A stretch of DNA of 62,612 nt, filler included, from Squatina squatina (taxonomy: Eukaryota): the NCBI GenBank assembly GCA_031763465.1. It is 3 parts of 3 records of this genome, joined end to end, with 100 filler letters (N's around TTAATTAATTAA, not from the genome) between each part and the next. Parts side by side here need not be neighbours in the genome. Positions count along the whole stretch, not along the records: positions 16,354 to 42,271 come from JARFOE010000013.1; 2 more parts are not named here. The stretch is one strand, 5' to 3'. The notes beneath the pieces were generated by a model that was not told where the DNA came from, searched no databases, and worked only from the letters and a program-made list of their open reading frames with translations. Positions 25,009-39,049 of the stretch are shown here, in pieces. How positions within the stretch are numbered: the first letter of the stretch is position 1; every line of letters starts with the position of its first letter. Made by a program: the position numbers and the translations under genes.

Positions 25009-25151
25009 GTATCTATGGAGTTGGAAAAGCTGCAGTGAACCCACCTGCTCTTGCAATACTTAGTCACACACCCGAGGATGCTACACAAACCATAGCCTGG
25101 GTCGGCAAGGGTATTGTTTATGACACTGGTGGTCTCAGCATCAAATCAAAG
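25009..25151 (+). CDS. NPEPL1: NPEPL1-like M17 leucyl aminopeptidase exon
   Basis: 143 nt; GIYGVGKAAVNPPALAILSHTPEDATQTIAWVGKGIVYDTGGLSIKSK with metal-ligand K, D and catalytic K. Confidence 0.9.
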
Positions 25152-26261
25152 GTGAAGCAACTCTCCTGTTCATCTGTTCTTATCTTTGTAGATGACTCTC
25201 ACTAGACCTAATTTAGAATGAACAAATTTGATCCAATTGTTAAATGTAATATCTTCTTTTATAAATTAATATAAAATAAGTTAGATATACAAACAAGATA
25301 AAATCCACAAAATATTTTGTTTCCCCATACATTTAGAGGAGACAAATGTACCTGAAGACTTGCGCACCCGATATAGTAACAAGGGTTTTCAATGCAATGT
25401 CTATCGTTATTATCCTTTAAAATATATTTCAAAATATTACAGCTAGTATATATTTGTTGCTTATGTGTGAATTCCTTAGTTTACTGTGAATTTTTAAACA
25501 GTGTCTTAATTAAATATTAATTACTGTCATACAATGTTTCTGCCCCAGAAAATTTAATTTTACAAGTCTGGAATCTCATTCCTACAGAATGTTGGAGATT
25601 TTAAACATTTAAAATAAAAATTGGTTTTTAGTTTTTCTTTGTCTCTTTCTTAGTCCCATCTTTCTTTCCCGCTCTTTATTTCACTTTCTGTACACTATTT
25701 CACACTGAATTAAATATTCTAACTGACACTTCCTGGTTCAGACTGCATATCTCAGTAAGGATTCTTCAATGTGACTGGTTGAAGAAACATGCTGTTGCTT
25801 GCCCAGTTCTCTCTCACCACAGATCCCCTGAAGAGGACGCTGTGCTGAAAAAGGTTCTCTGGTAACCGTAAGCTGCCACTCAAAAGCTCGAGAAGTCTAG
25901 GGGCAGCTGTAAGCACAATGAACGGTGAGCGCCATTCTTTTGTTGCTGACCGCAAAATCCGGGCCAGCGTTTCCTGAGGTAATTTCCGCAAGTAGTTATG
26001 TTCAACAGGAAGACTGACCATTATCCGAGGATGGTTGTCAATCCCCATTCCCAAAATTGTCATTGCAAGAATATGCATCGCAATACCCATGTGAACATTA
26101 TGTAAAGGCCATGAGGATGAAGATAATAAAGTCGGTCCCGCAGAACTGCAATGCTCACCTCNNNNNNNNNNNNNNNNNNNNNNNNNNNNNNNNNNNNNNN
26201 NNNNNNNNNNNNNNNNNNNNNNNNNNNNNNNNNNNNNNNNNNNNNNNNNNNNNNNNNNNNN

Positions 26262-26408
26262 CTTAAGGCTAAAGGGATCAAGGGATACGGGGAGAAAGCA
26301 GGAACAGGGTACTGAAGTTGGAAGATCAGCCATGATCACATTGAATGGCGGAGCAAGCTCAAAGGGCCAAATGGCCTACTCCTGCTTCTTTCTTCTATGT
26401 TTCTATGT
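26262..26408 (+). mobile_element. CR1 LINE 3' tail
   Basis: aagggatcaagggatacggggagaaagcagg...gatcagccatgatc...ggcctactcctgct. Confidence 0.75.
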
Positions 26409-27019
26409 TAAGACAGCAAATATCAAAAGACTTCATATTGCAGTAGTCCTGATAACGGCACAAACTATACATGACTTCAGCCCATCCCTCTCCCAGCCAC
26501 ACAATCTCTCAAATATATATTTTCGGCCAATTTAGCAAAAAAAAACTCTCACATTCCTCTTTAACCCCAAAAACAATCTAGCAAGCTCCAGGAGCCCAGT
26601 ATCACTAGTCCCAGTTAACCCAGCTACCTGCTATAACTCTAGAGTTTTTCCATTCATAGGAACTTGTCCAGCTCCATTTTGAAGGCCTGCAGAGTATCCA
26701 CATAACTAAGGTTTTTTTATGTTTAAATAATTAAAAAATGTTTTTTAAATATTTATTTAAACTCTTACGCTGTTAAAAGAAGGCCCTACGCCTGCTTTTA
26801 CCAGGCGTAAGGGTTTCACAGGCATTTGCGGGGCAGTATTTGGGCAATTAGCTCAACTCTCAGCCAGTGAATGTCCATTTCCCGGAGATGATGAGGATCT
26901 GTCAAGCAACTTCAAGCAAGATCCGGGTTTTCGCATATGCACATCGCACATGGAGACTTGCGGTCATGGGCCTCAGAAAATTCGGGACAATGTAATTAAG
27001 AGAAGTTGCAACACACCTG

Positions 27020-27450
27020 GGTGTCAGCTGTGGCTCAATGGATAGCACACCCGCCTCTGAGTCACAGGGTTGTGGGTTCAAGGGTCTTGAGCACAAAAAC
27101 AAAATCTAGGCTGACACTCCAGTGCAGTGCTGCACTATCAAAGGTGCCGTCTTTCAGATGAGACATTAAACGGAGACGCCTGCTCTCTCAGGTGGACGTA
27201 AAAGATCCCATGGCACTATTTCGAAGAACAGGGAGTTATCTCCGGTGTCCTGGCCAATATTTATCCCTCAATCAACAAAAAAAAATTATCTAGTCATTAT
27301 CACATTGCTGTTTCTGGGAGCTTGTTGTGCGCAAGTTGGTAGCCACATTACAACAGTGACTACACTCCAAAAAGTACTTCATTGGCTGTAAAGTGCTTTG
27401 AGATGTCCGGTGGTCGTGAAAGGCGCTATATAAATGCAAGTTCTTTCTTC
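27020..27450 (+). mobile_element. Deu-domain SINE (SacSINE1-like), near full length
   Basis: A/B-box-like head gtggctcaatgg..gggttcaag, shared core with 11640-12065, tail gtcgtgaaaggcgctatataaatgcaagt. Confidence 0.82.
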
Positions 27451-27779
27451 TTACCATATTTTTATAGTCCAAAACAATTCTGATTAGCTCTGCACTTTGC
27501 ATTTGGCTTGCGTTCTCGATCATGTAGCACTTTCGCCTCAATTCATGTGCCATTATCTTTCCCATAAGTGCCTTTATGTGACACCTAATTAATTAACTAA
27601 TGAAACAATTATAAGATGGTGGCTTATTTGAGTTTGGTGTGATGTAGTTGCAACTTGAAACCTCTGTTGCTGATTACTAAACTACATTTACAAGTCAATT
27701 CTACTTTATAATGTCTTTTAAAAACCTTCTGTTGTGCTTAAGGGCACTGCTTCAACAATTTCATTTTTATTTTAATCAG

Positions 27780-27880
27780 GGCTTTAAAGAGAACTTGCAT
27801 GCATTGTTCTGTCTGGCTGAGAATGCAGTTGGAGCCAATGCAACGAGACCAGATGACATTCACCGACTGTACTCGGGAAA
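27780..27880 (+). CDS. NPEPL1: NPEPL1-like exon
   Basis: 101 nt; GFKENLHALFCLAENAVGANATRPDDIHRLYSGK; CAG/GTGAGT. Confidence 0.9.
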
Positions 27881-28291
27881 GTGAGTTAATGGATGGGCAT
27901 GTCTAACTGCATGGTCCCTCAATGTTTTTTCCTTAGCAATATCTTGGCATTGCAATGTGGATCTACTGGCACATTACTGGCTTACTTGAATGTGTCATCA
28001 GAATACAGTATTTAAACAAATAAGACTAAGACCACCTTTGTCATAACTATAACTGTTGGGTAAATAGCCATGGGATTTTGTGTTCTCAGTAGCATTTAGA
28101 AGAGATTATGAAGTTGACTGTAATGCTGCTTGTTAATACTTTGGTTACAGAATCAGACTAGTTTATTGTCTCAGATATTTGCAGTTTAACACCGTACTTT
28201 TTATTTTAACCCATGAGTACCTTCCAAATCCAAATATTACAAGAGTTTGCAGATAAATTCCATCACATATCGGCTTGTATGAATAAAATGA

Positions 28292-28606
<315 letters not shown>

Positions 28607-29189
28607 TGACTGTGAGGTACTACTCATGAACAGTCAAGGTAAATAAGCAGCTGTTACATATAAACGTTTTTTTTCACCCCTAGTTGATTTTGTATTTTCT
28701 TTTCTAATAAGATTAGCCATAAATAGCAATATTCAAATTCTTACCAAAAGGTTTCTTAACCCACCTTTATCAAAGCACTACAGTTCTGGTCCACATGCAC
28801 GCAGTTTGTAGCTATTAAGGCACTAAGCCCTAATGCACACCGGCAACCGATGGTTCACACTTTGTGGATAATGGAATTTTGGTTAAGTCTATGAACAATA
28901 GCGTTACTTAGAATTTGTCAAATTGCTACGCTGCACATCAGTGGGGAAAAAATGGTCAAGCACGAGCATTGCTTATTGTGCAAGGTCAACCTGCTATNNN
29001 NNNNNNNNNNNNNNNNNNNNNNNNNNNNNNNNNNNNNNNNNNNNNNNNNNNNNNNNNNNNNNNNNNNNNNNNNNNNNNNNNNNNNNNNNNNNNNNNNGCA
29101 CAAGAAGCAACTTAGGACGAATCCCCCACACCACCGCTCATATTTTACAAAATCCACTGGTGAGAGAAAAAAAACATTTTTCAAGAAAT

Positions 29190-29195
29190 TTTATT
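29190..29195 (-). terminator. Candidate PIEZO2 polyadenylation signal
   Basis: AATAAA on minus strand followed by a U-rich stretch; upstream sequence is AU-rich and UTR-like. Confidence 0.4.
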
Positions 29196-30264
29196 GAAAA
29201 TGTTCATCACTTAGTGAGATGTTTTAGAAACAAATATAAAACAGGGACACAGTTTCACTGGTAACTGTTGACAGCAGGGTCACAATGGTGTGGGTCTGGT
29301 AGACAGCGTCCAGTTCAGAGGGAAACCAGAGCAATCAAACTAGAAGCAAAGCTTATTGCATATTTTCTAAAACTACTTTCAGTATTCCAGAAGTTTATGA
29401 ATAAACTTGAAATATAAATACACCGTAACATATTGAAATCTATTGTGGAATAACATAACTCCTGTGTCATACAAAACTTAGTTGCACAAACTGCTATTGT
29501 TCATTTTCAATTATATTCATTTAAAATCATCCGTAACAGTGCACATGGTGTGAGTTGGACCATGGAGCAGGACTGTCAATAACTAGGTTGAAAGTAGCCA
29601 TTTCATTCCAATAAACATAGTTAAGATAATTACAGAAAATCGAATGGAAAGCAATGTTTATTTCCCATTCTAAGCAGCAGGAACTGCTACGAATTCCTTT
29701 CAAAAGATGAGAAATCCTTGAAACATCTGGATATGAAATAATTCAGTCTTACATGGAGTTTTTTTTTTAAACATTTATAAAATGGCCTTAAAAAGGGTTA
29801 CTGTAGCTGTAATATTATTGCAGATTAAAGGGTTTTGCAGATTTACTTAGACTCTCTTTTAGTCAGTTTTAACATCGCAACCCTTCATAAGCAGTGTTTG
29901 AAATTCATAGTAACTCCCAGGCTACCTAATTATTCATTTTCAAGATCATACGGTCAGTTATTCACTTCTTTTCCTCACATGCAGATTATTACTGAGATAC
30001 TGAATTTCTCTCCAGATCTCTGTGAAAACACTGACATGTCCATTTGTTATTAAAGTAATTAAAGCTGGACTCTGGCATTGTTTCAATAACTGAAAGGGCA
30101 TCATTCTGCCACTTAGAATCAGAAATCACAACAATGCAGCGAGCCCTGCGAACTTTGCCAAATGGGCTGGCCTGTGATTGTGCAGTTAAATATTACAGAA
30201 ATATTTGGTAAGCTACTGAATCAGATCAATAGGTAGAAAAACTACCAGTGAGAAAGCTGAATTT

Positions 30265-30650
30265 CAATCCCTGCTTTGGCCACCACATTACAGGAAGGAT
30301 GTGATTGCACTGGAGAGGGTACAGGGGAGATTTACCTGGATGTTAACTGGACTGGAGAATTTTAGCTATGGGGAGAGATTGGATCGGCTGGGGTTGTTTT
30401 CTTTGGAACAGAGGAGGCTGAGGGGGACCTAATTGAGGTGTATAAAATTATGAGGGGTCTAGATAGAGTGGATAGGAAGGACCTATTCCCCTTGGCCGAG
30501 GGGTCAATAACCAGGGGCACAGATTTAAAGTAATTTATAGGAGGTTTAGAGGGGACTTGAGGAGAATTTTTTTCAGAGGGTGGTGGGGGTCTGGAACTCA
30601 CTGCCTGAAAGGGTGGTAGAGGCAGAAACCCTCATAGCATTTAAAAAGTA
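30265..30650 (+). mobile_element. CR1 LINE 3' fragment
   Basis: VWNSLPERVVEAETLIAFKK; closely similar to 30948-31357. Confidence 0.8.
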
Positions 30651-30947
30651 NNNNNNNNNNNNNNNNNNNNNNNNNNNNNNNNNNNNNNNNNNNNNNNNNN
30701 NNNNNNNNNNNNNNNNNNNNNNNNNNNNNNNNNNNNNNNNNNNNNNNNNNACCCACTTAAAAAGAAACGAGCCTGATGACATTATTTGATGATGAGTCAT
30801 CAGCCAGTTTCCTTAAAGGGACCATGTCCACATTGATATTGAGTTGTACTGTCAGTGTTCTACAGCATTGAGCTGTTGCAAACACTGACACACACTGCAC
30901 AAAGGTGCATGGCTGCACGCAGGCCCTCCCATGACTTCCTCCATATG

Positions 30948-31357
30948 CTTATTTTAGCTTCGAGGACAGATTGGATAGGCTGGGGTTGTTTTCTTTAGAA
31001 CAGAGGAGGCTGAGGGGAGTCCAAATTGAGGTGCATAAAATTATATGGGGCCTAGCTAGAGTGGAGAGGAAGGACCTTTTCTCCTTAGCAGAGGGGTCAA
31101 TAACCAGGGAGCATAGATTTAAAGTAATTAGTAGGAGGTTTAGAGGGGATTTGAGGAGAATTTTTTTCACCCAGAGGGTGGTAGAGGCAGAAACCCTCAA
31201 AGCATTTAAAAAGTACTTGGATGTGCACTTGAAGTGCCGTAACCTACAAGGCTACGGACCAAGTGCTGGAAAGTGGGATTAGGCTGGATAGCCCTTTGTC
31301 GGCCAGCACGGATACGATGGGCCGAATGGCCTCCCGTGCTATAAATTTCTATGATTC
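30948..31357 (+). mobile_element. CR1 LINE 3' end
   Basis: DRLGLFSLEQRRLRG...FFTQRVVEAETLKAFKKYLD...GKWD* plus tail. Confidence 0.85.
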
Positions 31358-33517
31358 TTTGCATTACTAACAATGGCTTAACAATACAAATTTGTAATAG
31401 CTATCCGAAACCAATAACTCTTGACGTTTCTAAATAACAATGCATGTGAAAAGGAATGGTCGCCTTGAGAACCGACCGTTTCAAGTTATTGGGCCAGTGA
31501 TAACCTTTGAGAAGCAGAACAAATGACACAATCTCTACTATGGTGGACTGTAACTCTATGTTGCAATAACCCTTGCTGCAACAGTAAGTTTATTTTAAAA
31601 AGGGTTTTTCATGTCATTTGATTTTGTGAAGGTCTGTGATTGTGCTATGATTCTGTTCCATCAATAACATCATAACCCTTAGAAATATCTCACCATCTCT
31701 AAACCAAAACACTGCTGTTAAACTTGAACATGTTTGCATTTAGGCAAGTAGATAAAAATAAACCTTAACACACATATGACTGATGTGTTGCCCTGTCACA
31801 GGACTATAGTTGCCTTGACAATTGTAGCAATAGCAATTTGCATGTGCAAATATGTAGACAAAAGTCAAACTTAAAGTCAAATAAATCTGCTTCTATACAG
31901 AAGTCCATATTTTCTAGCAGGCATTCTACTTTGTCAGAATATTATGCAATATTGAATGGTTGCATTGCATCCTTTTATATTGACTCCAGTTATTTCACAT
32001 TCTACATACTGTTCTCAACACGATCATCTTTAAAGTTCTGTTTGGAATAAAGAGACAGCAACTATTATCTGCAGATCCTGATCATGCTGCCATCTTTTTT
32101 CATCCATCAAAAATGCTAGTTGTACAATAACCACAGTGACACGGGATATAGTTACTCCAACTTGCTGTGCCACATTGACCCCCACAAACAAGTTTCTGAT
32201 ATTGGTCAAGCTGTCACGGGTGATGTGCGGCAGAAGAGGCCACATGGTTCCTGACCAGGAGAAAAGATGGTCAGNNNNNNNNNNNNNNNNNNNNNNNNNN
32301 NNNNNNNNNNNNNNNNNNNNNNNNNNNNNNNNNNNNNNNNNNNNNNNNNNNNNNNNNNNNNNNNNNNNNNNNNNNNNNNNNNNNNNNNNNNNNNNNNNNN
32401 NNNNNNNNNNNNNNNNNNNNNNNNNNNNNNNNNNNNNNNNNNNNNNNNNNNNNNNNNNNNNNNNNNNNNNNNNNNNNNNNNNNNNNNNNNNNNNNNNNNN
32501 NNNNNNNNNNNNNNNNNNNNNNNNNNNNNNNNNNNNNNNNNNNNNNNNNNNNNNNNNNNNNNNNNNNNNNNNNNNNNNNNNNNNNNNNNNNNNNNNNNNN
32601 NNNNNNNAAACTGATGAAACTATGGGGACACGAAGCAAAAGTAACGTCAGCTCCAGGTTAATCAGAAAGAGCGAAAAACTCTTGACGGATTTGTATTTCA
32701 ACGGTTCAAGTAAACTCTGAACATTTTGCTGACCATTCGTTTCAAGTACGTTCACGGGTATCATTGGCGACTTTCATCTAGGAGAAGCATTTACTGAAGA
32801 TGGAGTATTTTTGACTGTGTTGCAATAATGTGTACCCACATTGTTTTTTTATAAGATAATGAAGAAACAGAAGACCGACAAGCCTTAGATAAAGGAACTT
32901 TTTTTTTTCCTGAGAAAGATCACTGACAAGGTGATACTTTTCTATTGACTGTACAAATAAAATAAGGCATTTAAAACAGGTTGTCAAATTATTTTCCTTG
33001 CTCAGGCCAGTCAGTATAGGCTTACATCACTAGAGACCTGCGATACCCAAGAATTCTTATTCATTGGTGACGTCTTCATTATTTTGCCACTACTGAATCG
33101 CTCCAGGCCTTGTTCCTCTGTAACTGGGTGGTAATGGCAGCAGATTGCAAGGCCCCAAAATCATTGCATCGCATAAAGAAAATACAAAGGATTGATACAG
33201 ATGATACCTGCAAGGAACGGAAGCGTTTCGGAAGCCCTGATTTTGACTGACTGAAAAATTGAGAGAAACTGGACTCAGTTACGACACAGAATCGTTTCTG
33301 TAACTGGTACAGAACGGTAGAACAAACACCAATCTTTATAGTCAGCAGAGAGACTGTAGGCAGAGAGGACTTAAGTAACGTGCAACTGCCTGGGCTCCAT
33401 AAGGAAAAGCTGCTGTCACCTAACTGTGAATAGCTCGACTTTTCAGTGATATTGTGCTTTTTTTTTTCTCTTAGCTCTTTCAAAAAAAAAATTCTACATC
33501 CAGGTCAGCAGAAGTGG

Positions 33518-33770
33518 TCACTTTGTCTTTTCGCGTGTCCATTTGATCATAGTTTCTGGCGATCTATATAAGAAAATAAGCTTGGCATACAGATCCTCCT
33601 CCAATTCCAGCTCTCCAGTTTCTCGAACCAGGAAGATATCTGTACACAGTTTCAAAATTCGGTCCACGTTTGGCAGCTCTTCAAACATGATGGAGTGAGA
33701 GATCCCACTGAAGAACTCGCGTACGAACTTTCCAATGACCAGCACAACTGATGCGTACAGACCCATAATG
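33518..33770 (-). CDS. PIEZO2: PIEZO2 last coding exon (inner helix, CTD)
   Basis: IMGLYASVVLVIGKFVREFFSGISHSIMFEELPNVDRILKLCTDIFLVRETGELELEEDLYAKLIFLYRSPETMIKWTREKTK*; PIEZO2-type residues. Confidence 0.96.
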
Positions 33771-34319
33771 CTGAAATGTAATGAAAATAACATCAAAAAA
33801 ATCTGAAAAGACAGAAGAAATTCAGCAAAGATTTTTTTCATTACTGAGGAGGTTTCACTATCATCTGTAACGTTTATTAGTTTAACTTTATTTGCAAGAC
33901 TTTATATTAGGACTCCATTAACCACTGTTGCACTACTGGAAGATGTACCTGATGTTCAGTGCTATTGTTAAAGCCAGAAGAGATTATCTCAAAGGGTTTT
34001 AACGAGTCGAACAAGCAGACAAGTTCATCCTGGAACCAGCCAATGAAGATAATGAGCTCCACAGAGATGTCAACATCTAAGTCTCCAGCAGCACCAAAGG
34101 CAGAGAGCAGCAACTCACTGATTTTTCTTACAGCAGTCAACAATGAAACATAAATATTCTTTAAACTTGATTAACTTGTGAGAGGCATGCACACCTTGGG
34201 TCACATGATGTTTCCTTTAGCAAAGAAGTAAGTTGGTAAGTTTTAATGACATATCCACCATTTCTTTAACCTTATTGGCAATATGTAATGATATCTAGCA
34301 TGTATGTGTCTATGTTTAA

Positions 34320-34880
34320 AGCGGGTGCAGGAACAGAGAGACCTGGGGTTGTGTGTACACAAATCTTTGAAGGTGGCAGGACAAGTTGAGAAGGCTGTTT
34401 AGTTAGCTTTATTAAAGAGGCATAGAGTTCAAAAGCAAGGAAGTTATGCTAAGCCTTTATAAAACATAAAACACTGGTTTGACCCCAGCTAGAGTATTGT
34501 GTTCAATTTTGGGCACCACACTTTAGGAAGGATGTCAAGGCCTTAGAGAAGGTGCAAAGGAGATTTACTGGAGTGGTACCAGGGATGCAGGACTTTAGTT
34601 ATGTGGGGAGACTGGCAAAGCTGGGGTTGTTCTCCTTTGAACAGAGAAGGTTAAGAGAAGATGGATAGAGTTGTTCAAAATCATAAAGGGCTTTGATCGA
34701 GTAAATAAGAAGAAACTGTTTCCAGTGGCAGAAGGGTCAGTAACCAGAGGACACAGATTTAAGGTGGTTGGCAGAAGAACCAGAGGGGACTTGAGGAAAC
34801 ATTTCTTTAACGCAGCGAGTTGTTGTGATCTGGAATGCACTGTCTGAAAAGGTGGAGGAAGCAGATTCAAAGCAGGGGAA
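34320..34880 (+). mobile_element. CR1 LINE ORF2 3' fragment
   Basis: agagacctggggtt..gagtattgtgttcaattttgggcaccacactttaggaaggatg..ctggggttgttctcct pattern. Confidence 0.8.
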
Positions 34881-36429
34881 TCGGAATAATTGGATAGCTC
34901 TACCATTCTAATGCCTCTATCTTGGTGATTATGCACTGCATTCCAGTGCATAATTTATATATTATAATTTATATACTGACCTTACTGAACCAATCTCAAA
35001 GGTTGTACAATATATGGACAGGTGTGACTTATTTTCAACTAGAACAGATAAGGAAGACAGAGAGGAGAGGAGTACAGTACAGCTTTAGTGATGTACTTTG
35101 TGGAAATAAGGTGTTGTAAGTCATCTGTAATCAATGCAACTTGGCTGTACAATGGAAGAATATGCATATATCAATGGTTAAAAAAAGCTGTAAACAAACA
35201 AAGCACCAGCTGGATGTGTCATACTGTGACCAACTGAATAAGTCACTGTGCCTTACTTCATCTATATCACGTCTGTAAGTGCTGTACCGTGGCAAACAAA
35301 CCCATTGACTTCATCAAATGGATAACAGATATGTTTTTAATATGGACTCATTTATTTTCTGACGAATGGGTGTTATCCACTAACAAGCTCTCCCCCTGTG
35401 ACACCTCAGACTGGATTAGCAGCGCAACAGGGACCCACATATTTGACAGTTGAGAAGTGTGAGTGTACAACTGAGCAGACACCTTGAATATCAATCGTCC
35501 TCTTCACTCTCTTATAGAGAACATGCTTACAAAACTCAGTTATTATTGGAATGGTAATATTACTGACAACGTCATCATAGCAAGCAACAATTACCACAGA
35601 TGACTTTTACAGCATAATTATATTGCATTACCCTGATGTGAAAAATGAATAAGAGGCAACATCCTAAATTCATATTATTGCATTCCATTTTTAGAAATTA
35701 AACACGCTATCCTCCCTAGAGTGGGAATTTTCCAAGAATGGCAACTGTGCGTTGATTTTCAAATTCATTAACAAGTAACATCTGAGCCCCACTTGGCAAG
35801 AGGTGTGGATCTTAGCTCAATAAAATGCATCATAAAATATGTCAGACTGTAGGAAATATCATTTTTGAGGGCCTCCTTGAAAATGTACAAGCTAATTGTG
35901 TTAAAAGATACTCCCTTTCCAACATTAAAGAACTGGTAAATTGTTCCAATGGGTTTCAGTAATTGAGCAAATTGTTAAACATCTTAGAAAAGAGTGAACT
36001 GATTCAATCTATTGTGATCCTCTATTCATTTTGCATAACTAAATCTTTTGTTGATTTGAGTAACCTAACCGAAGGTTCAAGGCAGTTTGAGCAGGAGAGA
36101 AGATGAGACAGATAGACACAGAATCAGGAGCATGAAGATGACAGACACAGGTAAAAGAGAGATTCTTTGCTCCAACCTCCATAAAGCAATGCCAACAGAT
36201 ATCCACAAATAGATAAGTATATATATATAAATACATACCTGCAGAATTCTTATGGCATTGTTCACANNNNNNNNNNNNNNNNNNNNNNNNNNNNNNNNNN
36301 NNNNNNNNNNNNNNNNNNNNNNNNNNNNNNNNNNNNNNNNNNNNNNNNNNNNNNNNNNNNNNNNNNTGGAGAAAATTTCTGCTCATTCAGAACTGGATGT
36401 CAGACAAGCCGAGAAGAGATTTGAGAGGA

Positions 36430-36871
36430 GATTTGATAGCGTGATCTTCAACAAGTACAAGAAAAATGCAGAGAGCAGCATCAATCTCTGTACATGACCT
36501 TCTTTGACCTCACAAAGGCCTTCGCCTCTCAACCATGGAGGGTCCTTCTCAAATTTGGCAGCCCGCAAAAATTCGTCACCATCCTCTGCCTGCTCCATGA
36601 TGATGTGCAAGCCGTGATTCTCACCAACGGATCCATCACAGACCCAATACAATTGCAAACTTGGGTCACTCAAGGCTGCGTCATTGCACCAACGCTCTTC
36701 TCCATCCCGCCTCCATGAAGCTCCCTGCTGAAGTGGAGCTAATCTGCAGGACGAGTGGGAAACTGATCAACCTCCATTGCCTCCAGTCCAGAACCAAGAT
36801 CACTTCAACCTCTGTCATTGAGTTGCAGTATGCAGACAATGCGTGTATGCACACTGACTGAGCTCAAAACC
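36430..36871 (+). mobile_element. RTE-clade LINE reverse transcriptase fragment
   Basis: FFDLTKAF..W.VLLKFGSPQKFVTIL.LLHDD...QGCVIAPTLFSI and ELQYADN (YADD-like), frameshifted. Confidence 0.8.
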
Positions 36872-36995
36872 NNNNNNNNNNNNNNNNNNNNNNNNNNNNN
36901 NNNNNNNNNNNNNNNNNNNNNNNNNNNNNNNNNNNNNNNNNNNNNNNNNNNNNNNNNNNNNNNNNNNNNNNAGTTACGATAAAATAAGATCTTAC

Positions 36996-37210
36996 CGCTC
37001 CGTCACTCTCGGTAAGATAAAGAACATCCAGAAGTGGATTCCAAAAACGAGGATGACTTGAAAGACCACTTTGCCTAAGACTGTTTTCCTGAGATACAGT
37101 GCTCGATCCACCACCATTGTTCCGAATTGAATTATCAACATCACCAAAAACGCCTCTGGTACTTTATCCTCTGACAAAGAAGATGTGATATCGGCAGCTG
37201 CTGAATGTTT
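36996..37210 (-). CDS. PIEZO2: PIEZO2 exon
   Basis: 215 nt; KHSAAADITSSLSEDKVPEAFLVMLIIQFGTMVVDRALYLRKTVLGKVVFQVILVFGIHFWMFFILPRVTER. Confidence 0.95.
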
Positions 37211-39049
37211 CTGGAGGAGTCAAAGGCAGTCATCATTGAATTATTGCCTTCACACATGCAGTTATCTTTTTTTTTGGTCAACTGGATCTCTGGCATGCAT
37301 AGAAACCCAACACCGACCGTAAGAGTTTCCTGAACAAACGACTGAGAAATCTACATTAAAAGTGTTTTCATTTGCTTGACATGGACTTCAAACTCTGTCT
37401 GCATAGGAACACATCATACCACGAACTTAGAAAATCAGAACATAAGAACTAGGAGCAGGAGTAGGCCATTCGGCCTCTCAAGTCTGCTCCGCCACTCAAT
37501 AAGATCNNNNNNNNNNNNNNNNNNNNNNNNNNNNNNNNNNNNNNNNNNNNNNNNNNNNNNNNNNNNNNNNNNNNNNNNNNNNNNNNNNNNNNNNNNNNNN
37601 NNNNNNCAGACCTAAATAAATATTTAGATATTCAGCTAAATCTGGCTAATGCAATAAAATATTAATTAAGTACATGTGGGCAGAAGTTAAAATATTCAGG
37701 GGAAAGTATAATAAATGCTCTGCTTTGTGCATCAAGGAGATTGGCACATCGCGAGCAACTAGTTCAAGGTTATAGAACACAGAATTTTTACCAAGGTGTC
37801 TTGGGGGAACCAAAAACACAAATCCCTATTTATTTTAACATATACGCAGATATGTTGAGTGAAAGTGTTTTTCTTTCTGGCTCCACCACATTTCTATCTT
37901 TAAAGTTTCTTCTCTTTACTATTCCACACCATCCATTTCCAGTAAAGAAAGCATGAAAATAGGTTGCTGGTTGTCTTGGCACCAGTGCTAAGAGTTCTAC
38001 TCTGTGATTTATCCTAAAGAAAAATATACATATAGAGACGGAGAATTTTTTTTTTCATGGGCACTTAGCATAGGATGAGAAGATGTGAATATAATATTCA
38101 CTAGCTTTATGCAGAGATCAGAAATAACTTTTTTGCCACAAGGTAGTGTATTGTAGGACAGAATCCCAAAGTAGTGAGTTAATTCGTTGCCAACTGAGAC
38201 CTTTAAAAGGAAGCTGGATCCATATCTGTTGAGACGGTAGGTTGAGAGCTAGATAAATATTAATAGCGTTCCTCCATTTTGCTTACAGGGGAGATAGGGG
38301 AAGAAGCTTAAGGGTAGAACTTCCAATTGGAAATGTTCATGTAACAATGTTGATTGCATTTGTATGCACCATTTATATGCAGCACTAACCATTTCTACCT
38401 TCTAGTGTTCCTTAAACTAGGGGATCAACAGATGCTGATGAAGGGGGTGGGGTATGGGGTATGAAGTCCATCATATAATAATCATGGAGAAAGGTGATGG
38501 GCTCCAGACTTTTGTACATTAATCACAAAGACCTCCTTTATAGATGGCACTATCCTTTGCAAGACTACTCAAACTCAAGTAGTATAGAATAATCACTGGA
38601 CAATCCTGTAGAGTTGATGATTTATTTTACAGAAGACCAGTGCCAGAGGTCTGAGAATGTGACCCCAATACATTAAAGACAGGGAAAAACCAATAGACAA
38701 ATTGGTAACAAAGGAAGAAAATATCATTATGGAAATGGGCAGAAGGTTACAAGAATAAGACCTATGCTTTGTTGAATTGGCATCAAGCTTCCATGACAAC
38801 ACTGTTTATCATTTGCATATGAAATGCCATAATACTTTGAGATAAGATGCTTATTGCACATAGATTTGGAAAGATGATGGGGTGAAATTTTCTCGGGGTT
38901 CCTCCTGATCTCCCACTGTAACTTTGACAGTGGATCAGTGGAAACCCTGGAGAAACCACATGAGCGGCCAAAGTTCTGGCGAAAGATCGGAAAAACTGCG
39001 GAGGTTTTACTCCAATGATGTCAAACATAAGAAAAAGATCTTTACATAC

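Noticed and set aside
27028-27085. tRNA gene
   Set aside because: tRNA-derived SINE head continuous with the SINE body; no cloverleaf
35257-35272. Minus-strand PIEZO2 microexon (cag|16 nt|gtaagg)
   Set aside because: Not a multiple of 3, weak pyrimidine tract, no match to PIEZO2
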